Assembly (NCBI RefSeq): GCF_006345805.1
Contig: NC_042997.1
Location: forward strand, 7,192,001-7,256,000
Direction of reading: 5' to 3'
Origin: Octopus sinensis
Taxonomy: Eukaryota
Length of the DNA: 64,000 nucleotides
The notes below the pieces were generated by a model. The model was given only the letters and a program-made list of their open reading frames with translations, had not been told where the DNA came from and made no database searches. This document shows, piece after piece, positions 27,996 through 40,782 of the stretch (within the stretch, counting starts at the first letter, position 1; every line of letters starts with the position of its first letter). Position numbers and translations under genes: made by a program.

Positions 27996-28099
27996 ACCCA
28001 TCCATCTCTCTCTCTCATTTCATATATATATGTATGAATATATAAAATATATGTATATATATCTATCAATCTATCTATCTATCTACCTATCGATTTATC

Positions 28100-28184
<85 letters not shown>

Positions 28185-28185
28185 G
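27945..28185. repeat. Compound (TA)n/(TCTA)n/(CT)n microsatellite
   Basis: Directly visible. Confidence 0.95.
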
Positions 28186-28189
28186 CTCA

Positions 28190-28350
28190 TTCTTTTCATT
28201 CTTGTTTCAGACATTTGACTGCGCCCATAGTGTAGCACCACCTTTAGTTGAAGAAATCGAACCCAGGACTTATTGTTTGTAAGCCTAGTACTTATTCTAT
28301 CGTACACTTTTGCCGAAACGCCAAATTACGGGGAAAGTTACAGCATTACT
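28190..28350 (-). mobile_element. SINE 3' portion
   Basis: cttgtttcagacatttgactgcgcccatagtgtagcaccacctttag... is the reverse complement of the tail at about 32750-32800 (aaagcggtgctccagcacagccgttgaccaatgactgaag); degenerate copies lie at 5505 and 31690. Confidence 0.75.
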
Positions 28351-28451
28351 CATGTGGATTCCCAGGTCACACACCGATTATAACTCTGGGATTAGAGCAC
28401 TCCTGGAGCTATGTATTTTTCATTGTATAGGGTAGAAAGAGAACGAGAGAG

Positions 28452-28485
<34 letters not shown>

Positions 28486-28624
28486 TTTTACTAAAGCATA
28501 TTTTAAATTATCTAGATATCAGTTTTAATAATGTTAGTTGTGAATGATGTCTTATATGTGTGTGTGCGTGTTTGAGTGTGTACCTGTATGTGTGTGTGCG
28601 AATGTGTGTGCCTGTGTGTCTGTG

Positions 28625-28887
28625 AAGGCACGTGGCTTAGTGGTTAGGGCGTTCTACTCACGATCGTAAAGTCCAGGAGACGCGTCGAGTACTTCAGCAA
28701 GACACTTTATATCATGTTGCTCCAGTTCACTCAGTTGGAAAATACGAGTAGTACCTGTATTCCATAGGCCGATTCTGTGTCACGCTGAATCTCCCATAGA
28801 ACTACGTTTAAATTATACGTGTCTATGAAGTGCTCAGCCACTTGCACGTTAATTTCACCAGCCAGCTCTTCCGTTGATCGTATCACC
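28625..28887 (+). mobile_element. tRNA-derived SINE
   Basis: Head ggcacgtggcttagtggttagg with Pol III A-box TGGCTTAGTGG; the B-box region is decayed; body gcaagacacttta...ttgctccagttcactcag. Confidence 0.65.
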
Positions 28888-28987
28888 GAGGGCCTTCGTC
28901 GTCGTAACCGACGGAGTGCCCCTTTAATATATATATATGTGTGTGTGTGTGTGTGCTTGTGTGTGTGTATGTGTGTATATATGCATA

Positions 28988-29069
<82 letters not shown>

Positions 29070-30059
29070 GTATGCATGTATGTATGTATTTATGTATGTT
29101 AAATTTTTCACATTTGGTGTAAAATTGTTATCGCGAAAATTTGATATATGCTTTCTTAATTCTCTCGTCATTTTAAATTATTAATCCGCACTTCAGATTC
29201 CAAAATGCCTTCATATATTTGGAAAATATTCTGTATTAAGATTTGAAAGCATATTCATAAATGGGAATGTGTATTTCATTAAAATGAATTACTACAAATA
29301 TAATTCAGTCGTATGTACAAGTACTTATAATGAGCAAGACCGATGACTATAACTGCTGTTAGAAAAGAAATTTCAATTAAGCCAATTGTCTTGACTACGC
29401 GCAGTGGGATTGGGGTTCAGTTTCAACGATTTGATTAATGTATTTTATAATGTTGGTAAAATTCTGCTATTGGGTTGGTACCATATTTACTCTATTAAAT
29501 ATATGACCTCTTAAATATACACAAACATACATGCACGCTTATATAAATGTACGCGCTATTGTATCGATGACTTTCTCTGCTTAGCTGTTGAATCTGTTGG
29601 ATTCTGTTTTGCCATCTATTATATCCTTATTTAAATATTTGTTATTTTATGGTCGTCGGTTAACATTTTTTTGTATGAATCAAATATATTCGCACTAGTA
29701 AATGTGTTTTGTGAGTTGTAGCTCCTAATCATAGTATTCATCCAGAGCTAATAAAAATTGTACGACATACAACACTATTGAAAGGTGAAACAAAGTATGT
29801 TTTTATGCGCTAGTATTGGTCTCATGCAATGGAAGCATGCCAGATAATAAATGTTATCACATTTGGCGCAATCGTCAGCTTATGTCCACATGGCGTAAGA
29901 AATTATAAAAAGGATGTAGCATGGGAGAAAAGGCGAGAATAGGTATAAAAGGTGGAATGTTGAAAAACTGGAAAACAAAGAAAAATAGAAATTAGCAAAA
30001 GCGGGAAAATAGTGTTTTCATATTCGAACATAAAATATACAGCTGAATAGTGACCTAGG

Positions 30060-30470
30060 ATCTGCGGTACATCTCCTCATTCCGCAGAGCGTGGTACTTT
30101 TCAATTCGTGAACAGCGACTTAGCCATATGCTTGTAACTGCCGAAAATTTCGGATCTAGAATTCAGCAGTGTGTAAGACTTCTTAGATCTGAAAAGGATG
30201 TGACTTTTTTCAGCTAAGCATAGTTTATATTTTCTATCCGTTAACATATGGTGTGGATGTTTGGACTATTTTCCACTTTATTGTATGTTTTGTGGTACTC
30301 GATGTCAAATTCCATATGTGGCTAGCCAACTTAGTCGCATTTCGTTCGTCCCAGTTTTAGAAGGAAGATATGTGGTTAGCATGGTAGGTGCTCAGTGAAA
30401 ATTTCATACTGTTCATCGAATGTTGTTATGACTGCCCAAATATGGAAAGGATCGTTACACGTGACAATAC
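30060..30470 (-). mobile_element. Penelope-like GIY-YIG C-terminal remnant (second family)
   Basis: Minus strand NATKLASHIWNL...HTIKWKIV..STPYVNG..LCLAEKSHILFRSKK..LLNSRSEIFG.YKH. Confidence 0.75.
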
Positions 30471-30659
30471 CAAGTTCTAACTTCCAGTTGTAACTGTCGA
30501 CACTCAGGAACCTGGTCACTCGACCAGGGATGTACAATTTAATCATACATGAGGCATAAATGATAACACAACTTATAACAGTTATATCGGACTATGTGAA
30601 GAGGACTTGAAAAATTGCTATGCCAATCAAATATCTTCTGTCAATCACAAGGGAAAAAA

Positions 30660-30960
30660 AGTAAAGCAACTAAGTTAGTTAGCCTCCTATGGGCTTTTAG
30701 TTGAAACGCCACACCATATAAAATATGGAAAATAGTCCAAAATTCCACACGATATGTTAACGGGTCAAAAATATTGTATGATATTCGTAGCTGAAAGAAA
30801 CGAGACCCTTTTCAGATATAAGAATTCTAACACTGTTGAATTCTAGACGAAGCTTTACGGCGGTTGTCAGCATATAGATAAGTTCCTGTTGACAAGCTGG
30901 AAAGTACATCCCTCTCCGGATTGAGCTGACAAACTTTTGAGTCTAGGCCACTATCTCCTG
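30660..30960 (+). mobile_element. Inverted, diverged copy of the 30060-30350 Penelope-like segment
   Basis: Shared with the reverse complement: actaagtt, tggaaaatagtccaaa, atatgttaacgg, tagctgaaa, ccttttcagat, ctg(c/t)tgaattctaga. Confidence 0.75.
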
Positions 30961-31689
30961 AACTCTCGCCAGATGGAGAAAATTTGGCGGATCTTACCAT
31001 CAGGGTACAGTACATACTCTCTCTCTCTTTATCTCACTCTCCTTATATATATATATATATACTTTGTGGTTGAGGGTATAAATACATACATTGGTACATA
31101 TGTTTAATTATGCTTTAGGTACTGAATTGTTTTTCACTATCAAGTAATTCCCTATCAGACACGGAACCGAGTATATTTCCTGTTTGTCTTTATTCACTAA
31201 CCTTGCAAAAATACAGTTATCATGCTAGCATACAGGCAGAAAGATGTGAATACAAAATGCATGCTTATACTTAAGATATCTAAGATGCATATCCAGGACT
31301 TTTGCCACGTATTCGTCTATTAGTTAAAATTAATTAATTAAGGTTAGTAAATGCCCAAGATCATTGTAAATGTCTGTCATCTCCATTACGAAACCATATC
31401 GTTTACAGCTCAAGTGGAACCAAAAAGGTGACATGGATTTCCTACACTGTATTATTAATCGAAGAATGTAAATGTAAATGTTATCCTTATTGAATTCTAT
31501 TCAATCACCGTTGTAGCGCTTTTCATTAAATGACGTCGGCTGAATTGCACTGATTCTTCGAACTTATGTTGGGTTGCGTAAATTACCAATGGACCGATAA
31601 TGCTAATTTTCAATCTAATGTTTATAATTGGCTATACGCAAAGATTTTAGCAGTAACTATGCTCCTAAATTAATTTTTCATCTTTTATC

Positions 31690-31880
31690 TATTATTCACT
31701 TCAGTCATTGGTCAACGTCTATGCTAGATTACTGCTTTGAATGAATTTAGTCGAAAGAATTGGTTTCAGAACTGAGGTTTTATAGCTTGGTACTTATCTC
31801 CACCGCTTATGTCAAACAACTACGCCAAAATATGACCAGTTATCATGGTGTTATCAAGGACGAACTAAAATGCAACGACA
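31690..31880 (-). mobile_element. Degenerate SINE
   Basis: cttcagtcattgg...tttagtcgaaagaatt...gcttggtacttat resembles the 28190 copy. Confidence 0.5.
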
Positions 31881-32569
31881 CACAGGTATAGATACACAAT
31901 CATAAACAAATACATATATACACTCACACGTTCATATATATGTGTGTGTGTGTGGGAGAGAGAGTGCGAGAGAGAGCGAGAGAGACGGTGATCTTTGCGT
32001 TTCCATCTGCCACTTTCGCTCGCATCACTTTTTTGGCCTGGGACTACTGAAGACACATTCGCAATGTTCTACGCAGTGAGACTGAACCCAAAATCATGTG
32101 GTTGTGAAGCAAACTTCTCATCGCACGACGAAACCTATATAATATATATGTGCCAGATACAGGAGGAAATGGCAACATTTTGTCAGGACTATATATAACC
32201 TCGCTGCAGATTGTAAACATACGATCAAATAGACAACGGTGTTTCTAGTTTATTAACCTTCATCATTAATCGAAGCATCAATATATTTAAGCCACTGTGA
32301 ATTTGTATTCATAGCTACTATTCTTATGTTAATAATTAAATAATTAAATTAGAAGGTTAAGCAAATTTCTACTGTTACTTCTAAAATAGAAATTCCTTTG
32401 ACCAATTACTGACTTACTGTTAACGTTATTATTTTTTTTTATAATGTACACGGCATACATGTACTGCTGTCTAATATATCTAGTAATTCTAATTACTTTA
32501 TCCTATTAATTTTGGAATATAATGACAAAAAGTTCTCCAGGTAAATATGCCCCCTTTCGATTATGAATG

Positions 32570-32810
32570 ACCATGGGATTGCACCGATAAGGTTCCCTTC
32601 AGAGGCACGATTCCGTGTAAGGTTGTTTACGGAAGACCAGCAGTCGGCCATACATACCAGCCTAGTGGTCTCACATAAGTGGTGGGGATAAGAAGTACCT
32701 ATCTATAAAAAATTAGTACTAGAACCAATTTTTGCGACTAAATCCATCCAAAGCGGTGCTCCAGCACAGCCGTTGACCAATGACTGAAGTAAATAATAGA
32801 TAAAAGTTAA
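32570..32810 (+). mobile_element. SINE/LINE-tail fragment
   Basis: Ends aaagcggtgctccagcacagccgttgaccaatgactgaagtaaataatagataaaag, the reverse complement of the 28190 family. Confidence 0.6.
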
Positions 32811-33239
32811 AGAGTTATATTGCATGCTAATATTTTGAATGAAAAATAAACAATGCATGACTGTCATTTATGCTACTTAACCAAACATATTACATATGCA
32901 TACGGAAGTACATACATGCATACATTCATATATAATTATTCTCGTAAGATAATTAGAATACCAAGAAATGCAATCATGCAATATACATATATTTAAAAAC
33001 ACAATACAATCACCATAAACCACGAAACATATAACAATTTGAACCATAGATAATGAAGACCAACTCCGAATAACGGGACGGCCAATATTTAGAGGGTTTA
33101 CTGTCAACAAGCTCATCAAACATATTTCCATTGGCAAAATTGCGGTTCAGACACAAAAAGGAGTCTTCAGAGTGGTATTTGCAAATACAACCGATTTCAG
33201 TAGATGAAAGTGAAAACTGATCATGACCTGATTTTCTTT

Positions 33240-34335
33240 ACATCATTATGAAGTCGATCAAAGAAAGTTCGAATCAATTGGGTCGGTATTGCTGACAACT
33301 TCCTTTAATACAGTATTACATGCGCTTTCATTTGGAAATATTTTGTTTAGTGGCAAAGTATTCTTTCAAAGTGCACGTTGCTCGTCGAATGAAGAGGAAA
33401 CTGCAAAATGAGTAAATCTAAACCTTTTGAGCAATTATCCGCGACCTTCTGTGATGTCATCTCTGCAGTGTGGGGTCTTGCTTCGTCTTGATGAAACAAC
33501 AATCGCCTTTTAATTAAGTAAAGCATGCCATTTTTACTTCAGAGCAGCGTTCAAAAGCTCTAATTGCTGATAGTAGATATGATCAGTGACTGTTGCATTA
33601 TTCGGTGACTCAAAGTGGCTGACTTCTTTGCAATTCCAACAAACAGATATAATAATCCCCTTCGCATGGTTTTCCCTTTGTATTTGCGATTGGGCATTTT
33701 CCCCTTCACGCTTAACATTTTGGTAAGAGACCTATTTTTCATCACCGGTCTCCAGTCTGTCCTAAAACAACGAGATGAGTTCATGAGAATAAGTCCTCTC
33801 GTGATTTGCGGTTGGCTTCAGACAAATCATGTGGCAGATATTTTCCGAGTTTTGGATCGTTGGCAAGCCGTTGCAGATGGCGACGAACATTTGTATTGCT
33901 TGTACAATGCTTGGCCACTAATTATTCAACTGAAATTGCATGATCTTTTTCAGGTTTTGCCAAAAGTACATGTAATTAATCTCAATTGGGCGTCCTCTTC
34001 GGGCGACAAATTCAAGGATGAAATCTCCATCTCTGTATTTTAGAAACCGTCTTTTGGAAGTTATTTCATTGAGGTACATTTCTTCATAAGCTGAGTAAAT
34101 ACTTCCTGTCGCTACAGCTGTAGTGTTCCCTTTGTTAAAACTCATAAAGGATTATGTGCCTCAAATGCTCCTTAGATACTTCCATCTTTAAAGAGCAAAA
34201 TAATATTTGATTAATTTAATTATGTACAAATATATATAAATAATACATGATGCCATTAGACATTCTAAAATACAGTGAAAGCCTTTAAAATGTTAAAATA
34301 TACAAGTCGGGACAATATTTATGGGATGACCTGTA
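33240..34335 (-). mobile_element. Decayed mariner (Tc1/mariner) transposon
   Basis: Minus strand RLETGDEK*VSYQNVKR, KGIIISVCWNCKEVSHFE, TVTDHIYYQQL, QDEARPHTA (first and second catalytic Asp regions). The YSPDL segment is missing. Candidate end tacaggtcatcccataa lies at 34319-34335; no partner TIR found. Confidence 0.75.
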
Positions 34336-34419
34336 CATTGCGTGGAATTTCTAGTTTTTATCATAAGATTTAAATGGCCATCTCATAGATATTGCATAGA
34401 TTCAGCATCATAAACGCAT

Positions 34420-34680
34420 CACCATCATCATATGCATCATCCTCATCAACAAATTATCCTTCCCTTTCCTCCACTTCACCTCCTCCTTCTACTCCTCCCC
34501 TCATCCCCTCCTCCCCTCTGCCACCTCCTCCATCTCCTCCAACTCCTCCACCTGCTCCACCTGCTCCAACACCACCTCCAGCACCACCATCTCCTCCTCC
34601 TCCTACTACTACAAATACTACCCATCCTCCTCCTCATCATCATCATCATTTTTCCATCACTCTCTGTTGCGTTGTCATTG
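34420..34680. repeat. Low-complexity (CCT/CAC/CAT) repeat
   Basis: Directly visible; source of the proline-rich ORFs. Confidence 0.9.
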
Positions 34681-35422
34681 TCGTAGTCACTTTTATGACA
34701 TAGCAGCATCAGTTGCATTCATCATTTTACGTTCTTTATATGCCTATCCAAGATAAATATTATTGTAAGATAGATCACATCCATGACTTGTAACACGGTC
34801 GCTGAGCTTGGCACAAGTTCTCGTATATATTTATTGACTCACTTTACCGATTTCAGAGTGGAGTTATTGTAATTTTGTTCCAGGTCGTGATCGTCTTGTG
34901 AGAGGACAAAATCGCCAACTGCAGACACAAAATGATTTAAAATATACCGTTTATATTTATTCCTTTCTTCTCCACACTAATCTGGGCAAAGCCTCATTCT
35001 GGTGAATCATGAAAGATGTTGGGCGATATTTTATACCCTACGTTAATTTTTCGTTCAATACTGATCGTTTATCTTTGAATGACAAAACCTTGTTCATGCT
35101 CATTGCCTATAGATTTTCCAAATAATTTGTATATAATTTTGATATGCACTCTGATCAATAAGAGTTTCAATAACATCTGGGACTTCAACGATACCAAATG
35201 ATATTTTTCAATCAATATAGCATAAATAGTATGACTATCAGCCTCATCTATTTTCTCTTCAATAAGTTCATGATATTAAAGAGGTCATTTGTTTTCAAGC
35301 AGAACTGTCCTGTCGTTTCCTCAACTGTAAGAGGCTACTGAAGTGATTTGTGAGGATGTCGATAAATTGCATGCACGAGCTACACGTGAGTCAAAAAGAT
35401 TTACATATTTGAATACGCATAC

Positions 35423-35433
35423 ATGAATATATG

Positions 35434-35509
<76 letters not shown>

Positions 35510-35530
35510 ATATATATATGCATGTATGTA
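35423..35530. repeat. (TA)n microsatellite
   Basis: Directly visible. Confidence 0.95.
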
Positions 35531-35567
35531 TGTAAAAGGGCAGAGAGCTGGCAGAATCGTTGGCACG

Positions 35568-37224
35568 TCTTTGAGTGTTTGTTTGTAAGTTATTTTAACA
35601 GTTGTAATTTTGTGTCAGAGTATTGTGTGAATTGTTTTTGCGCTGCTTTGCAGCGGTTTTACTGGTGGTGATTTATTTCCACTTTCAGGAGTGTTAGCCA
35701 TGACAATGCCTAAAAATATGTTTTATTCGGAACTTAGCAGGTCAGAATTTTCCTCAGAAGAAGAAGAATTAGTAAAGGCAGTATACATAATGGACAAAAG
35801 TCTCGAGGAAAAAAGAGCTTCGGTAAGATGACGGAGTGAAAAAGCAATGAACTGGACTCGAAAAAAATGGAAGATTATCAAAACATGGCACAGAAAGTAG
35901 GTGGTGACGTAAAGTCGCTTCCACAGAAAATTATGGAGGAGATGAGAGAAAAAAGCTATTGTATATAAAGTTTATTCAGTTGAACAGAAGAAGGTTAACC
36001 AAGTGGAGGCGAAAACAATCGAGACGGCTTTGTGTGCGGTATCTAAGGATGTGGTGTTTTAACAAGAGGAAACAAATATGGGGTGGATGTTGGCCCAGTT
36101 CAGGACGGAGGAAGTTGTGAGGAGGCTGGCCATAAACACGATGAAATCGAATAAAGTTGTCCTTCTAACCATGTATCTTGGACGGAAGACATCCACGATC
36201 AGGGTAGAGGGAATCCCGCCAGAGATGTGGCTTGGGTTGCGGCTCTTTGGAAGTGAAGATGAAGTGGTCGTCCTCTAAGCAACGGAAACGGAAGAGAGGA
36301 TATTGAAAGGGAAAGCATTAGAACTCATTGTTCGGCGGAAGTAGAAACCTCGGAAAATTTGGAGGAGACTTGAGAGCGTGGGTGGAGGGCAGAATACCTC
36401 GTTGTTTTAAATGTGGCCAAAAGAGCCATATTTGAGCAAACTGCCCTCTGCAGAAGCATAGCCTGGAAAAAGAGGATAAAGAGTCGGAGAAGACGCAAGT
36501 GGAGGAACAGATGAAAGAAAAGAAAAAAGGAAGAATCATGGACTGTCGTAGAGGAAAAAAGGAAAAAGAGGAAGAAAGAACAGTGTGATGTAGAACCCTA
36601 AGCAATTCCCACCCTACCCGCCCTTTCCCCACAGACACCAAACCCACCCACTCTTTCCCTTCACAATGTATTAAAGAAAAAGAGATAAACAGACACCAGT
36701 ACATTCATAAAATCCCCCCCCCTCGGAAAATAGCTATGTATGTGTGTTAACAGATTATGTAGACGAGGAACTGATACATGAGGTAACAAGATGGAAGACA
36801 GCAAAATTTGTGGATGCTGATGGATGTACTAGTGTTGTGGAATGGCGCATATATGTGCTGGTTTCTTAGAGCCAAAAGGAAGCGACTACAAAATTTTAAA
36901 AAAATGTTTTTAAATATTGGAAGATTGAGGTGAACTTCAAAAGGATACCGGTAAAAGTAAGTTATGAGGAACTTAAAAAAAAATTCGGAGTGGACATTTT
37001 AAAGAATTCGGGATTCAGAATGAAGTAAGTGTTGCTGCTAGAGGTGGGGCTAGTAGCACATTTTCATTTTTTTCATTTTTAAGGCATTATTTATGCTATC
37101 ATATTTTATTTGGTTGATATTCAATTTATTTATTTAATTTTATTTTTAATTTTTGTGTTATATGTCCCCACATGTCTTTATATTATCCCATCTGTGTTGG
37201 CCACTTGTGGGCAAAAAAGAATAA
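35568..37224 (+). mobile_element. ORF1/gag-only non-autonomous retroelement (Tx1/L1-like), decayed
   Basis: Broken ORF with VEGRIPRCFKCGQKSHI*ANCP (CX2CX4HX4C at 36403-36444, in-frame TGA), an acidic N-terminus SSEEEEL and a basic tail. No endonuclease or RT motif was seen before the T-rich 3'UTR ending caaaaaagaataa. Confidence 0.6.
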
Positions 37225-37565
37225 TCAGTTGAGTTTTTGTAAATTATTTTTACAGTTGTAATTTTGTGTCGGCGTTTTTTGACACTCTGTGAAACGCTTT
37301 TGTGCTGCTTTGCAGCGGTATTGCTGGTGGTGCTTTCTCTCCGCTTTAGGGAGAGTTGGGTGGGATAGTGGCAGAAGGTGGAATGTGTTCCTCGGACCTT
37401 GGAGGCGCTGAGTTGTCTTCTTCGGAGGAAGAACTGATAATGGCGCTAAAAAAGTTGGGCAGAGAATTAGGTGAAAAGAAATTTACTGACGTGACGAAAG
37501 AACAGAGTTGGACCTATCAAATATTGAGAAAGACGGTTATATGGTGCACAGAGAGGGTGTGGCGT
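37225..37565 (+). mobile_element. Second, diverged 5' end of the same family in direct tandem
   Basis: ttgagt..tgtaa.ttatttt.acagttgtaattttgtgtc and gctgctttgcagcggt match 35568-35690; encodes the homologous SSSEEELI. Confidence 0.75.
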
Positions 37566-38899
37566 TATATATATATATATTGTGTTTCATACCCAAACTA
37601 ATATATCCAATATATCTAATTTGTTTATCTGCATAATTACTTCTATATCAACTCAACCTAATCTTACTTATTGCCATTCTTTACCCCATGGAATTGATCT
37701 GTTGAATCTCAGTTTGAAATTGTTGAGCACTACTAAGTGCCTTCTGCACGGAGAATCATTGGATCTCATATGTGAATTGTGTGTGTGTGTGTGTGTGTGT
37801 TTGTGTTTGTGTGTGTATGTATGTATACATACACCTACATATATACACAAGAAGATGTCTATGCTCAAACTTTTGGCCCCCGTAAGTTTGGTAGAAAATG
37901 AACAAACTATATCGGGATATCTCTTTCACTGCATATATTCCCCTGGTATAGCATCACCTATCAAGTCTGAAATAAAATAAACGCCTCAAAGAAGCAAAGC
38001 CTTTGCTCAGAAAATTCTTGAAGAATATCTCGGATTGAAGACAGTTATAAATATATATCCATATACATCTAGATGAAATGCAAACTGATTTAGTAACTGC
38101 TATTTGCCATGGATCCACAATGCATTTTGAGAAATATATGAAGCCTGTTCATGTTTGAGCTAAACTTAAATTTCCAAAAGATATATACACATAGGCAAAA
38201 TTCTGCTAATGAAATACGTTTCCATTTGCTGATTATGCCGTTCCGTTGCGCACTTCCTTGCAATTGCAAATGGTATTAATAAATGATTTATATATCAGGT
38301 GATATTCATAAAGTTTCATACTTGCATTGCAAATTACAATGTACCAAGAGGTTATTTCATATAACGTTTATACGGTGAATAACCCAGATTGAACCCAGAT
38401 AATGTGATATGGTCATTTTCTCTATTTGTTTTTATATTTTGTGCTTATCTTACAAAAAATTTATACATTTTCTATAAGTAGATTTTTGTTTCCTATGTAT
38501 TGTTTTTCTATGTTCCCTTAACATAGTGTTACGGAATTTATGCCTGCATAATATTCTTTCAAACTTATAGAGAACAAATAATTACACATGTTATTGTACC
38601 AATACAACCATAGTAAAATATACGGTGCTTCCCTGGAAAAAGTTGTAATTTAAAACTCAAGTCAAAATTTAAATTAAATGACGCTAAATTCGACTCATCA
38701 AAATGGTGGCATGTTTCAATTTAGTTCCCAATACTACACATGCATCTACATACATGAGACCTAATCAAGCTTGTGCGAGTGAATCTATGGCGAACCACTT
38801 CCAGCGATGAGGTCTCACATTATTCTCTGATCTGTGTTAACCAGGGCTTCATTATTCAGTGTGCAGTGACTCCGATATTACAGTCAGTTGAAAGTTCGT

Positions 38900-39640
38900 T
38901 AAGAGTTATTTGTTCACTCTCGGTTGGAAATCAATCAACCGTTAAAAGCATCATTACTGGCTTGTTGAAAAAGTACCTTTAATTTTCATCAATTAAATTT
39001 TCAAATGTTGCAGTAACTCTGCTTCACAAATTAATGGCTTTCCACTCTTCAAAATTCGGTATTATATCACGATCAACCGGACAACAGAGCCAACACTATT
39101 GCTAAAACACTTGGACGTACTTCTACAGAATAACTTTGGAAAATTCAGGAAATCTAAATTTACTGCAAGCAACCAAAATTCCGCAACAAATATTTCCCGT
39201 ATCCTTTTCTGATATGATATTAATTTCGGAATATAAAATCCCTAACCGAAATCTTCTAAATAGTCCTGATTTCTCATATCTATCACAGTAAATGTTTATG
39301 CAGTAAACATATGTCATTAAGTTCAGCTAAATACATTTGGTTGCAGTTTCTTGAAGACATTCTTGTCAATCTGCCTCATTAAATCATACTACTAATCGTC
39401 CTGGGACTCGTATATCAAAGAAACAAACAATGGCTTTAATATTATTTACTAAATTTTCGTGATTTAATCGAAAACCACAATTCATCATAGACGTCAAATG
39501 CATTTGTCGAAGAAACTCTCATTTTCGCAGATTCTCCGCATTTAAGCATATATCCTGCAAACGAAATAACCTATATTTTTCTCATAACTTCTGTAACACT
39601 TCTCGAGATCTTCATTAAATTCCGGAGTTATAGCCTATAT
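38900..39640 (-). mobile_element. Possible hAT-like transposase fossil
   Basis: Minus-strand pieces KFRFPEFSKVIL / FSNSVGSVVR / YRILKSGKPL loosely resemble the hAT C-terminal dimerization motif; many stops. Confidence 0.3.
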
Positions 39641-40547
39641 TTAGATCTATATATTATAAATCTACTCCATAGATAACGAGGTTATATTTTCGTTCAATAT
39701 TTTACACTATGCTTATTTTTCTTTTATATAATGTTCTTTACTCCCTCTCATTGTAGAAGATGACTGTTTTTCTCAATCTCAATCTAAATAAATATGTCGA
39801 TTAATTATTCTCGATTTGAAAGAAATAAGCTCAAAGTGCTTTTTCCCCTAGCTATGCTGATTATATATATAGCATAAATATTTACATAACACACACACCA
39901 TACAACCACACGCAAGAACACACTCTACTATTAACATATTTCTGATTACGTCAGCTCTGCAGCGTCTATGTAATTGTCTCTGTTATCTTCCCTGCCATTT
40001 TCTTTTTTTTTTACCTGTTGTATTCATCTCTTGTATCCACTACCGAAAAGAGCATTTGCACCGTTGCCAGAATGATAAATTTTCCTGTTGCGTATGCTAA
40101 ATGTCTACAGTTGTATTAAATCACAATAGTATTAATCGGTTCTGAAGTTTAATTGCATAACATCTCCTCCGGTTACTTTTTCTAGCATTACCAAATGTAA
40201 TACAAGTTCATTCGGGAAATAATTTTACAGGATAAAATTTCATACACAAGCACAATCTAGATGTAAGACGGGAAGTGATAGAGGTCACCTCGTAAATTTT
40301 AAACAAAAGGAATCAAGTGTGTAAAAATATAAAGTCTGCTGCTTATCTACACGTGTTTTATAACTGACGTGCAGTTATTAATAATTCTTTCTATTATAGG
40401 CACGAGCTCTGAAATTTTGGGGAGAGACATATAATAGTTTTCATTGACCCTTGCACTCAACTGGTAATATTTCATCGACCCCGTACAAGTGTAAGGCTAA
40501 GTCAGCATCTATGCAATTTGAAATCGGAGCGTACAGATTAGACGAAA

Positions 40548-40782
40548 TACCTATTTCTGTACTACCCATATGGGGCTAAACACAGAGAGGTCAAACAAGG
40601 ACAGACAAACGGATTAAATCGATTATATCGACCCCAGTGCCTAACGGGTACTTACTTAATCGACCCCGAAAGGATGAAGGGCAAAGTCGACCTCAGCGGA
40701 ATTTTAACTCAGAACATAGCGGCAGACGAAATACCGCTAAGCATTTCGCCCGGCTTGCTAACGTTTCTGCCAGCTCGCCGCC
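40548..40782 (-). mobile_element. Young tRNA-derived SINE with 17-bp TSD, nested in an older copy of the same family
   Basis: Minus strand starts ggcggcgagctggcagaaacgttagc (A-box-like) with gagttaaaattcc (B-box-like). gtacagattagacgaaa is duplicated at 40531-40547 and 40783-40799. Older copy halves lie at about 40415-40547 and 40783-40845. Confidence 0.9.

Noticed and set aside
28625-28700. tRNA gene (also the heads at 40782 and 48858)
   Set aside because: An A-box is present but no cloverleaf forms, and the sequence continues into SINE bodies.
33615-34043. 142-aa plus-strand ORF
   Set aside because: Antisense shadow of the decayed mariner transposase.
37985-38020. Hairpin agcaaa-gcc-tttgct followed by gaaa, and a similar hairpin near 7950, as hammerheads
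   Set aside because: The CUGANGA core is absent, and stems I and III cannot be formed.
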